Shown: piece by piece, positions 41,099-50,766 of the stretch
How the letters are laid out: each line of letters opens with the position of its first letter
Numbering within the stretch: the stretch's first letter is position 1
DNA from: an uncultured Gammaproteobacteria bacterium
GTDB lineage: Bacteria; Pseudomonadota; Gammaproteobacteria; GCA-001735895
Reading direction: 5' to 3'
Assembly (NCBI GenBank): GCA_913061315.1
Contig: CAJXUC010000001.1
Coordinates: 72,197-136,196, forward strand
Length of the DNA: 64,000 nt
Program-made: the position numbers and the translations under genes
The notes under the pieces: model-generated
Databases searched by the model: none
The model's input: the letters and a program-made list of their open reading frames with translations, nothing else
What the model was told of the DNA's origin: nothing

Positions 41099-42016
41099 AT
41101 GACGGATCTAGCAACGGTAAGGGAAGTTGGCCTGCGTGATGGACTGCAATTAGTTAAACGCACATTGCCAACTGATATAAAAATTGAATGGTGCCAAACA
41201 CAGGCAGCCTGTGGCTTTAGAGAAATGGAGGTGACCTCTTTCGTGCCACCTAAAGTCATTCCACAATTTGCCGACGCTGAGTCTGTTTTAAAAGCCGCTC
41301 AATCTATCAGCAATATGCGCGCAGCGGTATTAGTACCCAACCTGAAATGGGGGTTACAGGCACTGGATCATGGCGCTAAAAAGATTACCTTTGTATTGTC
41401 AGTCAGTGAAGCCCACAACATGGCTAATGTTAGACGCACTACCGACACGTCGATTGCCGAGTTTTCCGAATTGATTGCTGAACGTAATTGCAGAGGACTG
41501 CAAGACAGCGTGATGATGTCCGTGGCATTGGCCACGACCTTCGGTTGTAGTTTACAGGGTGAAGTAGCCGAACCGCGTGTCTACAATGTTGCCGAGCAAG
41601 TGCTCATGGCTGGCGCGCAGGAGCTCAATATGGCAGACACCGTGGGTTATGGTAACCCTATACAGGTTAAACGAATATTTACTGAAATCTTGCAATTGGC
41701 GGATAAAGTGCAGGTAGCAGCTCATTTTCATGATACCCGAGGCATGGGCCTTGCCAACGCAGTCGCAGCGCTTGAAGCCGGTGTGCGCGAATTTGATGCG
41801 TCGCTTGGCGGTCTTGGGGGCTGTCCGTTTGCGAAAGGAGCCTCTGGCAATATCGCCACGGAAGATTGTGTTTATCTGTTGGAAAGTCTTGGTTTTGCAA
41901 CCGGTATTAATATTCTAGCAATGCTTGAAGTACGCAAAAATCTGAAGGACTGGTTACCCGACGAGCCACTAGAAGGCAAGTTATTAAAGGCAGGTTTAGC
42001 GGCCACGTTTGAATGA
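41099..42016 (+). CDS. HMG-CoA-lyase-like (DRE-TIM metallolyase) acyl-CoA lyase
   Basis: 305 aa. HMGL family (…VREVGLRDGLQ…, …HFHDTRGMGLANAVAALEAG…, …GGLGGCPFAKGASGNIATED…). Starts 6 nt after the crotonase gene. Confidence 0.85.
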   Translation: MTDLATVREVGLRDGLQLVKRTLPTDIKIEWCQTQAACGFREMEVTSFVPPKVIPQFADAESVLKAAQSISNMRAAVLVPNLKWGLQALDHGAKKITFVLSVSEAHNMANVRRTTDTSIAEFSELIAERNCRGLQDSVMMSVALATTFGCSLQGEVAEPRVYNVAEQVLMAGAQELNMADTVGYGNPIQVKRIFTEILQLADKVQVAAHFHDTRGMGLANAVAALEAGVREFDASLGGLGGCPFAKGASGNIATEDCVYLLESLGFATGINILAMLEVRKNLKDWLPDEPLEGKLLKAGLAATFE

Positions 42017-42607
42017 TTTTTAAAACAATTTAGGCGATAAAGATTTTATTTTTTTCTCAAATGCGATGAATTTATCGCAAGAATAATGTCGATGGCTTTA
42101 ATTTTCCAGCGGTGTCGTAAAGTATCAAAAAAATGATTAGCGTGATTATTAATTTTGCAAAATTACTATTTAATTTAGACTAAAAGTGGTTGTTTAGTTT
42201 TTACTCAATCAACCTAACCCAAACATATAAACATGACAAAATTGAATAATACAAAGATTAGATATTCTCATAAAATAGGCTGTCAGTAATAAGGCTATAA
42301 TCTAAGGTTTACTGGGCGGGTAGTTGAGACGTACCCTTTATTTTAGTAATCAGTATAGCCTTCATCTTGACTGCATCCACGCCGTTACGATGCGCTTCTT
42401 TATCTACAGATTGAGAACCCCTCTGTTGGACTCTAAACCATAGTTCTAAAAAACTAGCCCTATTAAATATTAAGCTCAAACCCACGCCTATTAGTGTTGT
42501 GCAATTTGGGTTATAAACTACTCACCATTACACGATAAGGCTTGGAAAATGATTCTTAGCTAAACTAATATTTAATAATTTTCTCTATTGAGTTAGGCAA
42601 TAATTGA

Positions 42608-43150
42608 TGCAGAGGGCAATATCTTTTGACTGGTGGCATTGAACCTTACAAACACATGCGGCCTCCATTAATGGGCAGGATTGCGAGTGAAGATTTTTAT
42701 ATGTTTACTGCAGCAGGCCTTGCTAGTGGCACAGCTACGATAATTGATTTCATTATCCTTGGATCAGAACAATCTTTGATAGATGTCTATCATCAATGGA
42801 TGGACAGGGTAGAAAAGTCGGTCTCAGATTATAGCTTTCATGTTGTGGTAACTTGGTAGAATGATGGTTTTTATGAAGGTATGGGTAAATTCGTCCGTAA
42901 ACATAACTTTAATAGTTTTTAGCATTTTATGGCTTATCAGAATGTTAATATTGCAACTGATGAAACGATGGTGAACAGCTATAGCAGGTCGTTAGAGCTT
43001 GGTGCCTTAATGACAGCTTATGCTGGAAACGGCAAACTTGTGTTCCAGCTACAAAAGAAGGTGTTAGAAATGGACATTACAGGTGCAGAGGGTTATCTAA
43101 TGTCACATAATCCCGAGGTTGAAGGCGAAGTTGCAAAATGTGCCATATGA
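42608..43150 (+). pseudogene. hydantoinase/dihydropyrimidinase pseudogene (N- and C-terminally truncated, frameshifted, catalytic His motif mutated)
   Basis: Two fragments, 42626-42859 and 42929-43150. TGGIEPYKHMRPPLMGR…GTATIIDF…SDYSFHVVVTW aligns with PGGIDPHTHLEMPFMGT…GGTTMIIDF…CDYSLHVAVTW, so PHTH has become PYKH. …LGALMTAYAGNGKLVFQLQKKVLEMDITGAEGYLMSHNPEVEGEVA aligns with …GALVTVHAENGD.I..LQ.KLL..GITGPEGHALSRPPEVEAEA. There is an in-frame stop at 42605, no ATG, and no C-terminal half. Confidence 0.8.
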
Positions 43151-43243
43151 ATTGCATAGACGCTTGATGTAGTTATTTATCTAGCACACGTTTGAACTCA
43201 AGCAGCGTTTGAATCTATAGATAAAAAAATCGGAGAAATCAAA

Positions 43244-44524
43244 GTGAACAAAAATACACTTAATGTTCCAAAAGACGATGTAAATAGGATGTTAAAACCT
43301 GCGATCAATGGTGATCGTCTCTGGGACAGTTTAATGGAAATGGCTAAGATTGGTGCTACTGAAAAAGGTGGCTGCTGCAGATTGGCACTAACTGACCTCG
43401 ACAAGCAGGGTAGAGATTTATTTGTGCAATGGTGCGAACAAGCAGGCTGCACCGTTAAGGTGGATAAAATGGGCAATATCTTCGCACGCCGCGAAGGCAC
43501 CGATTCAAACCTACCTGCCGTATTAACGGGTAGTCATTTGGACACTCAGCCAACAGGTGGCCGCTTTGATGGTGTTTATGGCGTCCTAACGGGACTGGAA
43601 GTCATTCGTTCTTTAAATGACATGGGAATACAAACTCGTCATTCCATTGAAGCCTGTGTCTGGACCAATGAAGAGGGCTCTCGATTTCCACCAGCAATGG
43701 TTGCATCCGGTATTTTTGGGGGCGTATTCGACCTTGATTATGGACTCAATCGAGCCGATCAAAATGGCCTCACTATGGGCCAGGAACTTCAACGCATTGG
43801 TTATGCGGGTGAAGAAGACGTTGGTGGGCGCGAGGTGCACGCTTATTTTGAAGCGCATATCGAACAAGGGCCTATTCTCGAAGTCGAGGACAAGACCATT
43901 GGTATTGTCACCGATGCGCAGGGTCAGCGGTGGTACGAAGTCACGCTCATAGGCGTAGAGTCACACGCTGGACCAACGCCTATGAGTCAGCGCAAAGATG
44001 CCTTGTTAGGTGCAGCAAAAATCGTACAGCTGGTTAATCAAGTGGGGCTGGCTCATGCCCCTCTGGCTTGTGCTACAGTCGGTATGCTCGATGTCTACCC
44101 TAATTCTCGTAATGTCATCCCAGGCCGCGTGGCTTTTACTATTGACTTTCGTCATCCTGACGATGCTATTTTGGAAAAAATGGACCGTCTTTTGCGTGAA
44201 GGAGTTGACAAGGTTGTTTCCGATATTGGGCTCGAATGTGAGTTAGAGCAAATTTTTTATTATGCCCCAATCGCTTTTGACAAGAGCTGTATCGATGCGG
44301 TACGCATAGGTACTGAAGCGTATGGCTATTCATCCCGCGACATCGTGTCGGGTGCAGGACATGACGCTTGCTATCTTGCAAGGGTCGCACCTACCTCAAT
44401 GGTATTTATTCCCTGTATCGATGGCATTAGCCATAATGAAATAGAAGATGTTAAGCCTGAATGGATTACGGCTGGGGCAAATGTTGTCTTGTCAGCGATG
44501 TTGAATAAAGCAGGTATAGCTTAA
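43244..44524 (+). CDS. M20-family amidohydrolase: N-carbamoyl-amino-acid amidohydrolase / beta-ureidopropionase / allantoate amidohydrolase type
   Basis: 426 aa. …INGDRLWDSLMEMAKIGATEKGG…, …GSHLDTQPTGGRFDGVYGVLTGLEVIRSL…, …ACVWTNEEGSRF… is typical of AmaB/AllC-type carbamoylases. GTG start at 43244 with GGAG upstream; alternative ATG at 43289. Confidence 0.82.
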   Translation: MNKNTLNVPKDDVNRMLKPAINGDRLWDSLMEMAKIGATEKGGCCRLALTDLDKQGRDLFVQWCEQAGCTVKVDKMGNIFARREGTDSNLPAVLTGSHLDTQPTGGRFDGVYGVLTGLEVIRSLNDMGIQTRHSIEACVWTNEEGSRFPPAMVASGIFGGVFDLDYGLNRADQNGLTMGQELQRIGYAGEEDVGGREVHAYFEAHIEQGPILEVEDKTIGIVTDAQGQRWYEVTLIGVESHAGPTPMSQRKDALLGAAKIVQLVNQVGLAHAPLACATVGMLDVYPNSRNVIPGRVAFTIDFRHPDDAILEKMDRLLREGVDKVVSDIGLECELEQIFYYAPIAFDKSCIDAVRIGTEAYGYSSRDIVSGAGHDACYLARVAPTSMVFIPCIDGISHNEIEDVKPEWITAGANVVLSAMLNKAGIA

Positions 44525-44605
44525 CTAAAAACTGAGTTTATGAGCATGAGTCAAATACAACTGACGGCGGACATTTAAACGACGCGTCTTAATGCCGACG
44601 AATAT

Positions 44606-44870
44606 ATGAAGGACTTTAGTGACATTCATCTTCCACTTAGTCCAATGGCAGCGCTGATAGAAGCGGGCCGCTGCAATTTTTGTCATGACGCACCTTGCAC
44701 CACTAATTGCCTTACTGGGATCGATGTTGCTGGCTTGATTCGGATGATAAGTACCGAAAACAATATCGGGACGGCCCGTTTGATTTTAGAGGTCAATATT
44801 CTTGGCGGTAGTTGTGCCTGAGTTTGCCCAACAGAAAAACTGTTTGAACAGGCTTGCGTGCGCAATGATT
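44606..44870 (+). pseudogene. N-terminal fragment of a PreT/GltD-like NAD(P)H-dependent dihydropyrimidine-dehydrogenase/glutamate-synthase small subunit
   Basis: …EAGRCNFCHDAPCTTNCLTGIDVAGLIRMI…, then after a stop/frameshift …VCPTEKLFEQACV… gives the Fe-S cysteine cluster pattern of PreT/GltD N-termini. Only about 90 codons; no FAD/NAD domains follow. Confidence 0.5.
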
Positions 44871-45068
44871 AGGATCATCGGCCTGTGAGCCTTGGTTTAC
44901 AACAGTGCCGTGCGGTCGATATAGTGAAGTTGATGCCCGCACCGGGAGAGTTGTAACTAGGAAATATTCCAAATTGTACGACACATGAAAATAATACTAT
45001 GAGAGTGAGTTAACTTTTGATACAACAGCTAGGTAAAAGATAATAGTTATAAAAATTAAGATAGAGAG

Positions 45069-45588
45069 TATGTCTAGCAGTAACAAGATAGTCGAAGTTG
45101 ATGAGTTTATTGAGTTAGATGCTGGAGAAGATGTTACTTCCAGTCGGAGATACGACGTTGATATAGCACCTAAATCCATTACTCAAACTAGAGGTGTAAT
45201 GATAACTGTCTTTTTTAGTGTGGTGTTAATGAGCTGGAAGTTACTTTAAAAGCTAGTGTTAATTGTGTCAGATGTGAATGTCGAAAGGCTTTATTCCAAT
45301 TGGTTGTTAGGTCTATTTGAGTTTATTAGGTCCATCGCTAGGATCATGATTGTTAATTACTTTTCAATTCTTCGTCAGGCGCTTGATTGGACCGCTTTAT
45401 TCAAAGATAAAAGCCTCAGTCCCGTTTGGAACTTGAACGACTTTGTCGCATTTCTGTTTCCAGTTGCGATGACTTTTATCGCGGTAAACACTGGCGCCCT
45501 TAGTCAATTTTACAGTTATGGTTGGTTTACTGGGTTAATACTTGGTGGTTTGATTTACTACGCTATGAATATGAAGGCAAAAATTTAA
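45069..45588 (+). pseudogene. remnant of an NCS1-family (hydantoin/allantoin/cytosine-type) permease with large internal deletion
   Basis: A 59-codon N-terminal piece (MSSSNKIVEVDEFIELDAGED…) and a 110-codon C-terminal piece (…FPVAMTFIAVNTGALSQFYSYGWFTGLILGGLIYYAM…) resemble NCS1 termini. About 300 codons of TM core are missing. Confidence 0.45.
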
Positions 45589-45623
45589 TGGACAATATGG
45601 CAATATTAGATAAGTACACTTAA

Positions 45624-46085
45624 ATGGTATCTTCAATAGCCATTATATTTATAGTGTTTGCGGTGACTGCTGGGGCCATGTTGCCAGTTCAAGGCGTAAT
45701 TAACAGTCAGCTTGGTAAAAGCCTCGATAATGTCATACTAGCAACGTTAATTTCGTTTGTTGTAGGTGGGATAACATTACTAGTTGTGTTTCTTTATCGG
45801 AGTAGTGGATCGTTAGGCATCAGCTTACTGGGCTTAAAAGAAGTACCGCCTATGTTGTACATAGGTGGTGTACTAGGTGCAATTTACGTCACGGCAGTAG
45901 CCGTACTGATCCCAAAAGTAGGTGTTGCAAACACCATGATAGCAGTAATATTTGGACAGGTTCTATTGTCATTATTACTTGATCATTACGGCATTTTAGG
46001 GGTCGAAGTTAGAGAGATTGGTTGGTTTAGAATTTTGGGGGCTAGTTTGGTCTTATTGGGCCTAGTGCTGGTAGTCAAATACTAA
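45624..46085 (+). CDS. small DMT-superfamily membrane protein (YdcZ/DUF606-like, 5 TM)
   Basis: 153 aa with five hydrophobic spans; N-terminal pattern …TAGAMLPVQGVINSQLGK… is typical of the DUF606/YdcZ half-transporter family. Confidence 0.6.
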   Translation: MVSSIAIIFIVFAVTAGAMLPVQGVINSQLGKSLDNVILATLISFVVGGITLLVVFLYRSSGSLGISLLGLKEVPPMLYIGGVLGAIYVTAVAVLIPKVGVANTMIAVIFGQVLLSLLLDHYGILGVEVREIGWFRILGASLVLLGLVLVVKY

Positions 46086-46160
46086 TGGGCTTGCTCAATG
46101 TATGTTGGGAAGGGTTCTAACTATTTAATTTAAATTAAAACAACAAAAGTGGAGAAAAGA

Positions 46161-47168
46161 ATGTCATCAAAAATATCACGTCGTTCATTTACCAAGTTAT
46201 CTGCGGCCTGTGTTGGTGTGCTCGGATTTGGCATGTTTCCGGCACTTGCCAATAATTTTAAAGTAGCGGGGATTTACACCCAGCCTATTCAACAAAAATG
46301 GGATGCTCGATTGCATCAGGCGCTTTTAGCGGCTGAATCAAAGGGTGGCATTGAGTATGTATTTTCTGAAAAGGTAGCCAACACTGACTATATTCGCGTA
46401 CTGCGTGAATATTGCGAAAGTGGTGTCAAACTAATTGTTGGAGAAGCTTTTGGCATTTCAAAAGAAGCGCGTAAGGTTGCGGATGAATACCCAGAAGTTT
46501 CGTTCTTAATGGGCGACCCGTTTGAAGCCCATGGCTCTAACTTTTCGGTATTCGATAATTATATCCATGAACCTTGCTATTTAATGGGTATTATTGCTGG
46601 GTCTATGACCAAAACTAATAAGCTTGGCATGGTGGGTGGTTACCCAATAGGCGAAGTAAATCGTCTTTTCCATGCGTTTATCAATGGCGCTAAATCGGTT
46701 AACTCAAAAATTGAAGTCAAAGTGACTTTTATTGGTTCCTGGTATGATCCACCGAAAGCAAAAGAAGCTGCGTTTGCTCAAATAGAATCGGGTGTCGATA
46801 TTTTGTATGCGGAACGAGCAGGTGTTGTCGATGCTGCAAGAGACAAAGGTATTCTTGCTTTTGGTAATGTGAACGACATGAACAAGGAAGAAAATGGCAA
46901 AGACGTGGTCGTTACATCGGCTTTATGGCATATGGAATCAGCGGTTGCTCACGCTATTTCACGGGTTAAAGCAGGTACATTCTCAGCTGAAAACTATCGC
47001 GACTGGACAATGATGCCAAAAGGTGGCGCAAGCCTCGCGCCATACCATGAATTTGAAAACCGAATTCCAGCGAAAGCCAAGGCAACGGTCGAAAAGCTAA
47101 CGGCTCAAATCCTGACTGGTTCATTTACCGTTGATATAATTGACACAGAGCCTAAGTCATCCTTTTAG
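46161..47168 (+). CDS. BMP-family (PnrA/Med-like) ABC-transporter substrate-binding protein with Tat/Sec signal
   Basis: Start at ATG 46161 (GGAG 9 nt upstream). SRRSFTKLSAACVGVLGF signal. BMP family body (…KVAGIYTQPI…, …GYPIGEVNRLFHAFINGAK…, …DILYAERAGVVDAA…). Confidence 0.8.
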   Translation: MSSKISRRSFTKLSAACVGVLGFGMFPALANNFKVAGIYTQPIQQKWDARLHQALLAAESKGGIEYVFSEKVANTDYIRVLREYCESGVKLIVGEAFGISKEARKVADEYPEVSFLMGDPFEAHGSNFSVFDNYIHEPCYLMGIIAGSMTKTNKLGMVGGYPIGEVNRLFHAFINGAKSVNSKIEVKVTFIGSWYDPPKAKEAAFAQIESGVDILYAERAGVVDAARDKGILAFGNVNDMNKEENGKDVVVTSALWHMESAVAHAISRVKAGTFSAENYRDWTMMPKGGASLAPYHEFENRIPAKAKATVEKLTAQILTGSFTVDIIDTEPKSSF

Positions 47169-47195
47169 TATAGAAATGGACCTACTGTAAAAACC

Positions 47196-48770
47196 ATGTC
47201 GACATTATCTTTTAATCAGATAACTAAACGATTTGGCTCGCTTACCGCTAATGACAGCATTACGCTGTCATTAGGGGATAGTGAGATTATGGCTTTGCTG
47301 GGCGAAAATGGCGCAGGTAAAACCACATTGATGAATATCCTGTTTGGTCATTATGTGGCTGATGAAGGATCGATCGAAATCGATGGCCAAATGTTGCCTC
47401 CCGGTTCTACCGAAGCTGCTATTAAAGCGGGTGTTGGAATGGTTCATCAGCATTTCACTTTGGCTGACAACCTCACTGTCATCGAAAATATTGTATTGGG
47501 TACTGAAAGCTTATGGAACTGGCGGCAGGATATGACAGCAGCCCGGCGTAAATTGGTCGACATGTCTGAAGCCTATTCACTTGTCATCAATCCAGATGCC
47601 TTGGTTGCTGATCTGTCAGTGGGTGAACGCCAGCGAGTCGAAATCATGAAGGCGCTTTACCGTGATGCGAGAATCTTGATACTTGATGAGCCTACGGCAG
47701 TTCTAACACCGCAAGAAACAGAAAATCTTTTTATTACACTAAGGTCTCTGACAGACAAGGGGCTATCAGTTATTTTTATTTCTCATAAGCTGCATGAAAT
47801 TCTCGCTATCAGCGACCATGTGGCTGTTTTACGCCGTGGCAAAATTGTAGGCACCATTCAAACGGTTGATGCTGATCGCAATGGTCTAGCTGAAATGATG
47901 GTTGGTAAAGCTGTCATAAGGCCGCAGCTTGAATCTATGGAGCCAGGTGCTCCAATATTAACTATCAGCGGACTGAGTGCTACTAGCCACGATAAACTGC
48001 CATTGCTGAAGAGTATCGACCTGATTATTCATGCGCATGAAATTATTGGTATTGCCGGTGTTGCTGGTAACGGCCAAGTGGCTCTAGCTGACGTATTGTC
48101 TGGCTTGAACCAGCAGTATTCAGGTGCACTTGAGCTCCATAATGAAACGCTCACTGATGCGGGTCCTTCAGAATTTGTAGCGCGTGGTATCGGACGGATC
48201 CCAGAAGATCGTCATGCGCGTGGCATGATTGGTGATATGGATATTTGGGAAAATTTAATTAGCGAAGATTTACGTTCAAAGCAAGTGTCAAGATGGAAAA
48301 CTATAATCAATAAAAAAGTGGCTATTGACCGGGCCGAACGATTAATAGACAGCTATGACGTCCGTTGTAAAGGGCCGTTAGCACAGACCAAATTATTATC
48401 GGGTGGCAATATCCAAAAACTTATTTTAGCCCGAGCACTCTCTCCTAAACCAGATTTTATATTGGCCAACCAGCCAGTCAGAGGGCTTGACGAAGGTGCT
48501 ATCGCTTACGTGCATGAGCAGTTGTTTGCTGCGCGCAAAAGAGGCGCTGCTATTTTGCTCATTTCTGAAGATTTAGATGAGCTGTTGTCTTTATGTGACC
48601 GTATTGCAGTTATTTATCAGGGGGAATTAAGTCCGGCCCTGCCAGCCTCATCACGAACAGTGACTGAACTAGGTTTAATGATGGCAGGACAAGCAGTGCA
48701 ACCGACACCTAAAAATGAGGAGCTATACAGTTCAGTAAAATTTTCAGCTGGAGGCACTAATGCAAATTGA
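47196..48770 (+). CDS. ABC-transporter ATP-binding protein with duplicated ATPase domains (BMP/nucleoside-sugar type)
   Basis: 524 aa. Walker A GENGAGKTT, signature LSVGERQRVEI, Walker B ILILDEPT, and a second degenerate NBD (…LSGGNIQKLILARAL…). Confidence 0.9.
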   Translation: MSTLSFNQITKRFGSLTANDSITLSLGDSEIMALLGENGAGKTTLMNILFGHYVADEGSIEIDGQMLPPGSTEAAIKAGVGMVHQHFTLADNLTVIENIVLGTESLWNWRQDMTAARRKLVDMSEAYSLVINPDALVADLSVGERQRVEIMKALYRDARILILDEPTAVLTPQETENLFITLRSLTDKGLSVIFISHKLHEILAISDHVAVLRRGKIVGTIQTVDADRNGLAEMMVGKAVIRPQLESMEPGAPILTISGLSATSHDKLPLLKSIDLIIHAHEIIGIAGVAGNGQVALADVLSGLNQQYSGALELHNETLTDAGPSEFVARGIGRIPEDRHARGMIGDMDIWENLISEDLRSKQVSRWKTIINKKVAIDRAERLIDSYDVRCKGPLAQTKLLSGGNIQKLILARALSPKPDFILANQPVRGLDEGAIAYVHEQLFAARKRGAAILLISEDLDELLSLCDRIAVIYQGELSPALPASSRTVTELGLMMAGQAVQPTPKNEELYSSVKFSAGGTNAN

Positions 48771-49812
48771 ACTCCGCGACCACACATCGTTATTGCGAGC
48801 TGGAATGGCACCAATAGCTGCAGTTTTTGCCACTCTAGTCATTTGTTCTGCGTTAATACTCTGGGCTGATGTTCCTGTACTGGAAGCCTATGCTCTTTTG
48901 TTTAAAGGTGCCTTTGGTTCTTCTTTTGCACTTAAAGAAACATTTACTCGTTCGATACCGCTTATGCTCACTGGATTAGCGGTTGCCGTTGCCTTCCGTT
49001 CGAAGTTTTATAACATTGGTGCCGAAGGCCAGCTTTATGCGGGTGCGCTGGCTTCGGTCTACTTTGGTACAGGGTTGATCGATCTACCAGTGTTTATAAT
49101 GGTGCCGTTCTTACTGTTAGTGGGCGCACTGGCTGGAGGTGCGTTGTTGTTGGTGCCGGTATTGCTTAAAACAAAATTAAAAGTAGACGAAGTAGTCACC
49201 ACGTTATTACTCAACTTCGTCATGTTGTTAATGGTGAGTTACTTAATAGAGGGTCCTTGGCGTGATCCAATGGCAATGGGCTGGCCACAAACAGCGTCGA
49301 TAGTGGATAACGGTGTACTACCGGCTTTGCTAACAAAAGGGAGGCTGCACGCGGGACTGATTGTTGCGCTGCTGGCGGCAGTTTTAGTCTGGGCAGTCAT
49401 GCGTTTTACGGTGTTGGGTTATGAAATAAAAGCCGTTGGTTTTAATGCTAAAGCGGCTGAGTTTTCGGGTATCAATGTGAATAAAACAGTAGTCTATACA
49501 GCTTTGATATCAGGTGGTCTAGCGGGTATTGCTGGTGTCAGTGAAGTTGCGGGGTTAAAAGGCTATTTAACACTCGACCTGTCTCCTGGATTTGGTTACA
49601 CCGGTGTTGCAGTTGCGATGCTAGCAAGATTACATCCTCTGTCAGTCGTGCCTGCCGCATTATTCTTATCGTCTATTTATGTTGGGGCCGACTCGATGAG
49701 TCGCGCTGTTAATATTCCTACCTATATTGCGGACGTTTTGGTAGGTGTTTCGGTACTCGCCATTCTTGTCTGTGTTATGTTGACTCAATATAAAATTAGG
49801 TTTCGTCAATGA
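48760..49812 (+). CDS. ABC-transporter permease (BMP-type, first)
   Basis: 350 aa polytopic; its start overlaps the ATPase stop. Confidence 0.85.
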   Translation: MQIELRDHTSLLRAGMAPIAAVFATLVICSALILWADVPVLEAYALLFKGAFGSSFALKETFTRSIPLMLTGLAVAVAFRSKFYNIGAEGQLYAGALASVYFGTGLIDLPVFIMVPFLLLVGALAGGALLLVPVLLKTKLKVDEVVTTLLLNFVMLLMVSYLIEGPWRDPMAMGWPQTASIVDNGVLPALLTKGRLHAGLIVALLAAVLVWAVMRFTVLGYEIKAVGFNAKAAEFSGINVNKTVVYTALISGGLAGIAGVSEVAGLKGYLTLDLSPGFGYTGVAVAMLARLHPLSVVPAALFLSSIYVGADSMSRAVNIPTYIADVLVGVSVLAILVCVMLTQYKIRFRQ

Positions 49813-50756
49813 GTGAACTAATTGATATCTTGCTTACCACGGGCTTTTGGGCAGCAACGATCCGCATTGTTAGTCCACTTATTTTTGGTACTTTGGGAGA
49901 ACTTATTTGCGAGCGTGCTGGCGTTCTCAACCTAGGTATTGAAGGCATTATGACCGTTGGTGCGATGTCTGGCTGGATGTGGGTTTATCAAGGCGGTGAT
50001 CTTTGGGGTGGCGTTTTATTTGCCGCCAGCATGGGTGCACTGTTTGGCTTGCTTCACGCAACCTTCACGGTTCACTTGTGTTTGTCGCAGCATGTTACGG
50101 GCATAGGGATTACATTGTTTGCTTCATCGTTGAGCTATTTCGTTTACCGCATGTTGTTACCATCGGCGACCACACCACCTAAAATTGAGCCATTTCAAAA
50201 TTATCCAATACCACTCTTGTCTGATATTCCAATGGTAGGTGAAGCCCTATTTAATCAATCACCACTCACCTACCTTGCGCTACTTTGTGTCCCAATTGTT
50301 TGGTATATGCTTCACCGAACCCCTATCGGCTTAGCCGTTCGCATGGCAGGTGAAAATCCTGTCGCGGTCGAGGCTCAGGGCATTAACGTACTAGCAGTTC
50401 GTACCGGTGCCGTAATGGTTGGCAGTGCATTGATGGCAGTTGGTGGTGCCTTTATAACCATGTCGTGGTTTGATGCCTTTTATTTTGGGATGGTCAATGG
50501 GCGCGGCTGGATATGTGTGGCTCTGGTTATTTTTGCTTCTTGGAAACCCGGCAAAGCATTACTTGGTGCATTACTATTTGCCGGATTAGAAGCCATGCAA
50601 GTACGCGCTCAATTGTCTTCTGGGACAGTCATTCCCTATCAGTTTTTTCTCATGCTGCCCTATGTCATGTCGATTCTAGCAATGATCGTAATGGCCAGAA
50701 AAGCCAAATATCCACAGGCGTTGTTAGTACCGTTTAGACGTGGTGAAAGAGTTTAG
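49809..50756 (+). CDS. ABC-transporter permease (BMP-type, second)
   Basis: 315 aa polytopic; 4-nt overlap with the first permease. Confidence 0.85.
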   Translation: MSELIDILLTTGFWAATIRIVSPLIFGTLGELICERAGVLNLGIEGIMTVGAMSGWMWVYQGGDLWGGVLFAASMGALFGLLHATFTVHLCLSQHVTGIGITLFASSLSYFVYRMLLPSATTPPKIEPFQNYPIPLLSDIPMVGEALFNQSPLTYLALLCVPIVWYMLHRTPIGLAVRMAGENPVAVEAQGINVLAVRTGAVMVGSALMAVGGAFITMSWFDAFYFGMVNGRGWICVALVIFASWKPGKALLGALLFAGLEAMQVRAQLSSGTVIPYQFFLMLPYVMSILAMIVMARKAKYPQALLVPFRRGERV

Positions 50757-50766
50757 GAGTTTTCAA

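Noticed and set aside
40290-42016. Leucine/isovalerate (liu) pathway interpretation of the crotonase + HMG-CoA-lyase + ACAD genes
   Set aside because: No biotin carboxylase or carboxyltransferase (methylcrotonyl-CoA carboxylase) genes are present. A CitE-like lyase, a family-III CoA-transferase and an MmgE/PrpD gene are present instead, which fits C5-dicarboxylate-type pathways better.
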